64,000 nt of DNA from Chloroflexota bacterium. GTDB taxonomy: Bacteria; Chloroflexota; UBA11872; VXNJ01. The stretch is taken from assembly GCA_965261345.1 (NCBI GenBank), contig OZ253449.1:1120001-1184000 (forward strand), in the 5' to 3' direction. Under the pieces are notes generated by a model that made no database searches, was not told where the DNA came from, and worked only from the letters and a program-made list of their open reading frames with translations. Positions 59,246-64,000 of this stretch are shown here, one piece after another; positions within the stretch are counted from its first letter, which is position 1; each line of letters starts with the position of its first letter. Position numbers and translations under genes: made by a program.

Positions 59246-62053
59246 ATGCGCCCGCCGATTCCGGCTTTGCGGCCAAGGCGTGGCCGATTGACCTCGCCGG
59301 TGATCGCCGCCGCCTCTCTGGCCCTGGTGGCGCTGGCCGCCATGGCGGCGGCGGCGGCGGTGCTACTGGGCGCTGCGTTGGCGCTGCTGCTCTACTCGGC
59401 CCCGTTGATCAACTCAGTCCTTACCGATCTTCCCGATGTCAGCGAGGTAGCCGATTACTCCGACCAGTTGTTTGAGAGCACGGTCATTTATTCAGCTGAC
59501 GGTGTTGAGCTGGGCGAACTGCTCGATGAGGGTCGCCGAACCCTGATCGATCCGGACCAAATACCGCAGCTGGTCAAGGACGCCACGGTCGCATCGGAGG
59601 ATGGCAGCTTTTACGACAATCCCGGCTTCGATCTGATGGCGGTGTTACGCGCGGCGTGGCTGAACCTGCAGGCGCAGGACATCGTCTCGGGTTTTTCAAC
59701 CATTACCCAGCAGGTCGTGAAAAACTCCCTGCTTTCGCCTGAGCAAACCCTGGAGCGAAAGCTGCGCGAGGTGGTCCTGGCCTACCAGTTGTCGCAGGGT
59801 CTGGCCAAGGACGAAATCCTGGCACTCTATCTAAATCAGAACAACTACGGCAACCTCGCTTACGGTATCGCCGCCGCCGCCGACACCTACTTTGGCAAGG
59901 CAGTGGACGAGTTGACACTAGCCGAGACGGCCATGCTAGTGGGTATCCCGCGCTCGCCTACGACCTTGAATCCCTTCGCCGACCTGGCCGGAGCGACCCG
60001 CGCCCAGCACAACGTCCTCGACCTGATGGCCCGCAACCGCTTCATAACCGATGAGGACGCCCGTCGTGCCAAGGACGAACCACTCATCTTTGCCGAAAGG
60101 GCCGCCGAGTTCGGTCCGGCCCCACACTTTTTCCGCTATGTTTCCGATTACCTCCAGGAGCGTTATGGCTCCGAGGTCGCAACCCAGGGTTGGCGGGTCC
60201 GCACCACGTTGAAGCTGGGGGTCCAGCAGGAGGTCGAAGCGGCCGCCCGCCAACACATCGCCGCCCTGTTGGACGCCGGCCATGAGGCCCACAATTCAGC
60301 GGTGGTGGTGCTCGATCCGCGCAACGGCGACATCCTGCTGATGATCGGCAGCGTGGACTTTGGTGACCGTGAAATAAGTGGCCAGATCAACATGGCGCTG
60401 GCACCGCGCCAGCCCGGATCGGCCTTTAAGCCGTTCACCTACGCGACCCTGCTCGAACAGGGCTACAGCCCGGCGACGCTCTTCTACGACACTCCACTTA
60501 CAATCCCCCAATTTCCCCCTGCGGCGCCCTACGAACCGGAAAACTACGACCGCCGCTTTCGCGGTCCGGTTTTGCTCCGCTTCGCGTTGGCTAATTCTTT
60601 GAATATCCCCGCGGTCAAGGCCCAGCAGTTGGCCGGGATCGCCGAAACCCTGGAAACCGCCCGCAGGGCCGGACTGGGCATTGCCGGAGGCCCGGCCGAA
60701 TTCGGCCCGGCCTTGGCGCTCGGTTCGGCCGAGATTTCGCTGCTCGACCTGGCGGCTGCATATGCCGCGTTCGGCCAGGGCGGCTTACACTACCTGCCGA
60801 ATCCGATCCTGGAAATTACCGACAGCCGCGGGCGGACGGTATCAGGTCCGCAACGGCAGCCTCCACAGAAAGTTTTTGACAAACAGGTGGCCTACCTAAT
60901 TAGCGATATCCTGGCCGACCCGGTCACGCGCCAGGCGGTATTCGGGGCCAATCCCAACATGTCAATTGACGGCCACGTCACCGCGGTAAAAACCGGAACG
61001 ACCAACGATTTTCGTGATGCCCTAACGGCCGGGTATTCGACCCAGATTGCAGCCGCGGTCTGGGTTGGTAACGCCGACAACACACCGATGATCGACGTCC
61101 CCGGCTCGCGCGGGGCGTTGCCCATCTGGCATGCCGCAATGCAGGTCGCCCACGATCAGTTGGCCGGCCCGCTGGCTCCGTTTACCCGCCCGCCCGGAAT
61201 CGTTGAGGTCGCCGTCGATCCGGTTTCCGGGCTATTGCCTGGGCCCTATTCGCCGGCGCCGCGCAACGAGCTTTTTGTAACCGGGTCCGAACCAATCGGC
61301 CAAGACGACATCCATGTGCCGGTAGCCATCCACGCTCCATCGGGCAAATTGGCCGGGCCCGACACCCCGGCCGAGGAAGTTGTGACCAGGATATTTGCCT
61401 TCCTCCCACCTCAAGCTTGGAGCTGGCAGTCAGATCTTGCGGCCAATTCACCACTCGCGGCGGCCCCCAGCGAATACGCCGACGAGTTCGATTACCTAAG
61501 CTCGGCCGACGGGCCGCATCTGGCCTACCCGGCCGCGGGCGCCTATCTGGGGGGCATTACCCTGGTCGGCGGCCGACCGAACGGCGCGGCGGCGGCGTTT
61601 GGAGTGGGGAACAATCCCGCCGTCTGGTTGCCCCTCACGCCATCCGACGACGAGTCGTCCGATCCGGCCCAGTTGGGGATGCTGCCAGTTCCAGAACTGC
61701 CCGATGGGCCGGTGATATTGAGGCTCACCACCGAGCGCCCCGACGGCAGCCAAGTCAACACCTATCGGACGGTGACAATCGACCGAGTCAAGCCTGAGGT
61801 CACGCTTTTGCTGGGGCAGACCGGTCCCGAAGCCGAAGCCGGAGTCATCGACCTGGCGGCGCTGGCCAGTGACGACCAGTTCCTCGGGCGGGTCGACTTC
61901 TATGTCGACGGGCATCGCGTGGCCAGTGATTCGCTGGCCCCATTTCACGCCCGCTGGACCGCGCACCCTGGGCCCCACCGCTTCTCCGCCCGGGCCGTCG
62001 ACGCCGCCGGCAACGAGGCCTCCTCGGCGGTCGCCGATCTAGTGTTCCGCTAG
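59246..62053 (+). CDS. Class A penicillin-binding protein (PBP1A family) with C-terminal Ig-like domain
   Basis: TM anchor; transglycosylase motifs SEDGSFY, GFSTITQQ, RKLRE, KDEILALYLN; transpeptidase motifs SAFK, SLN, KTGT; C-terminal RVDFYVDG...ARAVDAAGN. Confidence 0.93.
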   Translation: MRPPIPALRPRRGRLTSPVIAAASLALVALAAMAAAAAVLLGAALALLLYSAPLINSVLTDLPDVSEVADYSDQLFESTVIYSADGVELGELLDEGRRTLIDPDQIPQLVKDATVASEDGSFYDNPGFDLMAVLRAAWLNLQAQDIVSGFSTITQQVVKNSLLSPEQTLERKLREVVLAYQLSQGLAKDEILALYLNQNNYGNLAYGIAAAADTYFGKAVDELTLAETAMLVGIPRSPTTLNPFADLAGATRAQHNVLDLMARNRFITDEDARRAKDEPLIFAERAAEFGPAPHFFRYVSDYLQERYGSEVATQGWRVRTTLKLGVQQEVEAAARQHIAALLDAGHEAHNSAVVVLDPRNGDILLMIGSVDFGDREISGQINMALAPRQPGSAFKPFTYATLLEQGYSPATLFYDTPLTIPQFPPAAPYEPENYDRRFRGPVLLRFALANSLNIPAVKAQQLAGIAETLETARRAGLGIAGGPAEFGPALALGSAEISLLDLAAAYAAFGQGGLHYLPNPILEITDSRGRTVSGPQRQPPQKVFDKQVAYLISDILADPVTRQAVFGANPNMSIDGHVTAVKTGTTNDFRDALTAGYSTQIAAAVWVGNADNTPMIDVPGSRGALPIWHAAMQVAHDQLAGPLAPFTRPPGIVEVAVDPVSGLLPGPYSPAPRNELFVTGSEPIGQDDIHVPVAIHAPSGKLAGPDTPAEEVVTRIFAFLPPQAWSWQSDLAANSPLAAAPSEYADEFDYLSSADGPHLAYPAAGAYLGGITLVGGRPNGAAAAFGVGNNPAVWLPLTPSDDESSDPAQLGMLPVPELPDGPVILRLTTERPDGSQVNTYRTVTIDRVKPEVTLLLGQTGPEAEAGVIDLAALASDDQFLGRVDFYVDGHRVASDSLAPFHARWTAHPGPHRFSARAVDAAGNEASSAVADLVFR

Positions 62054-62736
62054 TGCGAGTCGACGGGTTTGCCCAGGTCGCCTCGATCAATGTCGCCCGC
62101 TACCCGCAAAGCGCGGGTACGCTGGACCCGGCCCCGGTCGAACAGCTTCTGATCACGATGGGGGTGGCCGGGGTTGACGGCGCGGTCTTGGTCCAGCCCG
62201 ACCAATACGGTCCCGATCACTCGTACCTGCTCGATGCGCTTGATGCGTACGGATCAAGGCTCCGTGCGGTGTGCGCCGCCGGTTCGGTCGAAATCGAAGC
62301 TGAGCTCGTCATCGGCGCCCGCTTCAGTCCGGCCCAATTCCGGGCCGATCCCGCCGCGGTGGCTCGGGTTGTAGACCTTTGTAAGTTGCTTTACCTGCCG
62401 CACCCAGTTGACCTGACCCGCTTTGCCAAGGCCAGAGCGGTGCTAGAGGTTGAGCAGGGCCAGCTAACGGAGGACCGCGCCGACAGTTTGGCCGCCTTTT
62501 GCAGCGCCCCCGACCGATGGGTGCTCATTAAGGCATCCAGCCTGCCGTCCGCCGATTTTTCAGCCGCCCTCAATCGGCTCAGCGCGGCCGCCGGCCGCGC
62601 GCGCCTGCTCTGGGGTTCGGGGTTTCCCGCCTGCGGAGGATCAAACGGCTACTCCTCCGCGATTGCCCCCCTAGTGGAGCTGGGCCTACCCGGGGATCTC
62701 TTTTCCGTCGGCCCAGCCCAGGCGCAACAGGAATGA
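62053..62736 (+). CDS. Amidohydrolase_2-like protein, catalytic residues apparently lost
   Basis: GVDGAVLVQPDQYGPDHSYLLDAL and RLLWGSGFP match the family scaffold; HxH reads FAQ and the catalytic D reads G. Confidence 0.6.
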   Translation: MRVDGFAQVASINVARYPQSAGTLDPAPVEQLLITMGVAGVDGAVLVQPDQYGPDHSYLLDALDAYGSRLRAVCAAGSVEIEAELVIGARFSPAQFRADPAAVARVVDLCKLLYLPHPVDLTRFAKARAVLEVEQGQLTEDRADSLAAFCSAPDRWVLIKASSLPSADFSAALNRLSAAAGRARLLWGSGFPACGGSNGYSSAIAPLVELGLPGDLFSVGPAQAQQE

Positions 62737-63561
62737 GACCAGGTGGTCGGTGGTCTGACGCAGGTGGACGTTGTCGGGCGAGAACCCGGCGTTAAAAAAC
62801 CCGTGGTCGGCTCCAGCAAAGCCGATCAGTTGGCAATCGGCCCCCAGTTCCAGCGCCATCTGGCAAAACGCTTCCGATCCAGCAAAGGGCACCAGGTTGT
62901 CGTCTCGTCCGTGCATGATCAGGGTCGGCGGCAGCCAGGTTCCCAGGTGATGGGCGGGGGATATGTCCCGCCCGTTTGTCCCGGCAAGCTTTTCAAACAT
63001 TTCGGCGCGATCCGGAGTGAGCGAAAAGCGTCCGGGCAAATCGGCGGTCAGCAGCAGCGGGTTGTATAGCACGAGCGCGGCGGGAATGATCAGCTCCGGC
63101 TTGGCCTTGCCGGCCGCGATGGTGGCGCAGGCGGCCGCCAGCAGCCCGCCGGCCGAACCGCCAGCGGCGGCGATCCGCTTTCGGTCGATCCCAAGACGTT
63201 CGGAATTGGCGGCCACGTAGGCCATCGCGGCGAAGGCGTCGGTAATGCAATCGCGGGCATTGACCGCGTCGCGCTGGCCGACCCGATAGTCGGCCAGTAC
63301 TCCGACAATTCCGTTTTCAGCCAGGACCCTGGCCTGGTGGTCAAACTGCTGCGGAGTCCCCACCTGAAAACCGCCGCCAAAGAAGAAAACCGCCGCTCCC
63401 AACCCGTCGCCACTGGCAGCACCAGCCGGATAGCGCATCCAGATCCGCAGGTTGCGGCCGCCGGCCCGGCGGAATACGTGCGAGGGCGCGCCGTCTATCT
63501 TGGGGGGATATTGTTCGGAATCGTACGCTTGCATCGCCACCGGCCCGGACTGCACATTCAC
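62686..63561 (-). CDS. Alpha/beta hydrolase (HSL-like esterase)
   Basis: FFGGGF oxyanion loop, DYR, GGSAGG nucleophile, HGRDDNLVP, DHGFF; start uncertain (63561 or 63534). Confidence 0.92.
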   Translation of the reverse strand: MNVQSGPVAMQAYDSEQYPPKIDGAPSHVFRRAGGRNLRIWMRYPAGAASGDGLGAAVFFFGGGFQVGTPQQFDHQARVLAENGIVGVLADYRVGQRDAVNARDCITDAFAAMAYVAANSERLGIDRKRIAAAGGSAGGLLAAACATIAAGKAKPELIIPAALVLYNPLLLTADLPGRFSLTPDRAEMFEKLAGTNGRDISPAHHLGTWLPPTLIMHGRDDNLVPFAGSEAFCQMALELGADCQLIGFAGADHGFFNAGFSPDNVHLRQTTDHLVSFLLRLGWADGKEIPG

Positions 63562-63618
63562 TGGGGGTGAATAATCTTGTAAGTAGGCCCTGTTAGCAAT
63601 TATGCGGAGCAAAGTTCG

Positions 63619-64000
63619 TTGAATCTCTTCGGTTCAAAATCGCGCGCCGAGCGCCGTGCCGCCCAGAAAGCGGAATTTGGCGATCGCTTGCCTTCGGGTC
63701 AACACATCGTCGAGAACTGGCCAGTTCTCACTTACGGACCGACTCCCAACATCGTGCCCAGTGCCTGGCAATTGACCGTTTCCGGATTGGTCGCGGAGCC
63801 AAAAACCTTTGACTTTGAACAGTTCAAGGATTTGGGAACAACGACCCTGCATGCCGACTTCCATTGCGTGACCCGGTTTTCGATGATGGACAACGACTGG
63901 ACCGGGGTGCCGGTTACCCGCCTGCTCGAACGAGTCAGCGTGCTTCCGCAAGCCGGCGCGGTCATGCTCCACTGCTACGGCGGCTACACCACCAACCTGT
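63619..64000 (+). CDS. Sulfite-oxidase-like molybdopterin oxidoreductase, 3'-truncated by window edge
   Basis: Absent from the ORF track (no stop in window); TTG at 63619 gives ...RLPSGQH..ENWPVL.YGPTP...W.LTVSGLV...DFHCVTRFS...WTGV...GGYTTNL. Confidence 0.9.
   Translation, partial: MNLFGSKSRAERRAAQKAEFGDRLPSGQHIVENWPVLTYGPTPNIVPSAWQLTVSGLVAEPKTFDFEQFKDLGTTTLHADFHCVTRFSMMDNDWTGVPVTRLLERVSVLPQAGAVMLHCYGGYTTNL

Noticed and set aside
1-64000. CRISPR array, cas genes, IS or prophage
   Set aside because: No regularly spaced direct repeats and no transposase, integrase or phage-like ORFs seen

Overview
GC-rich bacterial chromosomal segment. A Chloroflexota-type genome is the most likely source (inference from the Pro/Thr-linker Tat lipoproteins, YceI, PBP1A architecture and sulfatase paralog expansion). 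It holds about 55 CDSs and 6 tRNAs: Lys-UUU, Val-GAC, Leu-CAA, Trp-CCA, Asn-GUU and Val-CAC. Housekeeping genes include pfkA, accAD, moaC, gyrA, gdh, glmS, tsaC, pyrF, glpD, ribB, moeA and a PBP1A. There is also a four-gene nurA-herA-sbcD(mre11)-sbcC(rad50) DNA end-resection operon of archaeal-type gene content, and a catabolic block (about 18.6-36 kb) with four cytoplasmic sulfatases, GH116, GH127, an MFS transporter, an enolase-superfamily enzyme and a HAD. I found no integrase, transposase or CRISPR array. The best novelty candidate is a roughly 325-360 nt non-coding, multi-helix RNA-like element at about 17.78-18.14 kb with its own sigma70-type promoter, matching no RNA family I recognise. 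A second, weaker structured intergenic element lies at 29.85-30.07 kb. Several paralogs have lost catalytic motifs (N-domain-less ClpC with a DD Walker B, CcmE-like protein without the heme ligand, amidohydrolase without HxH or Asp), and an RDD gene is decayed. All structures and motifs were read by eye; nothing was computed or searched.
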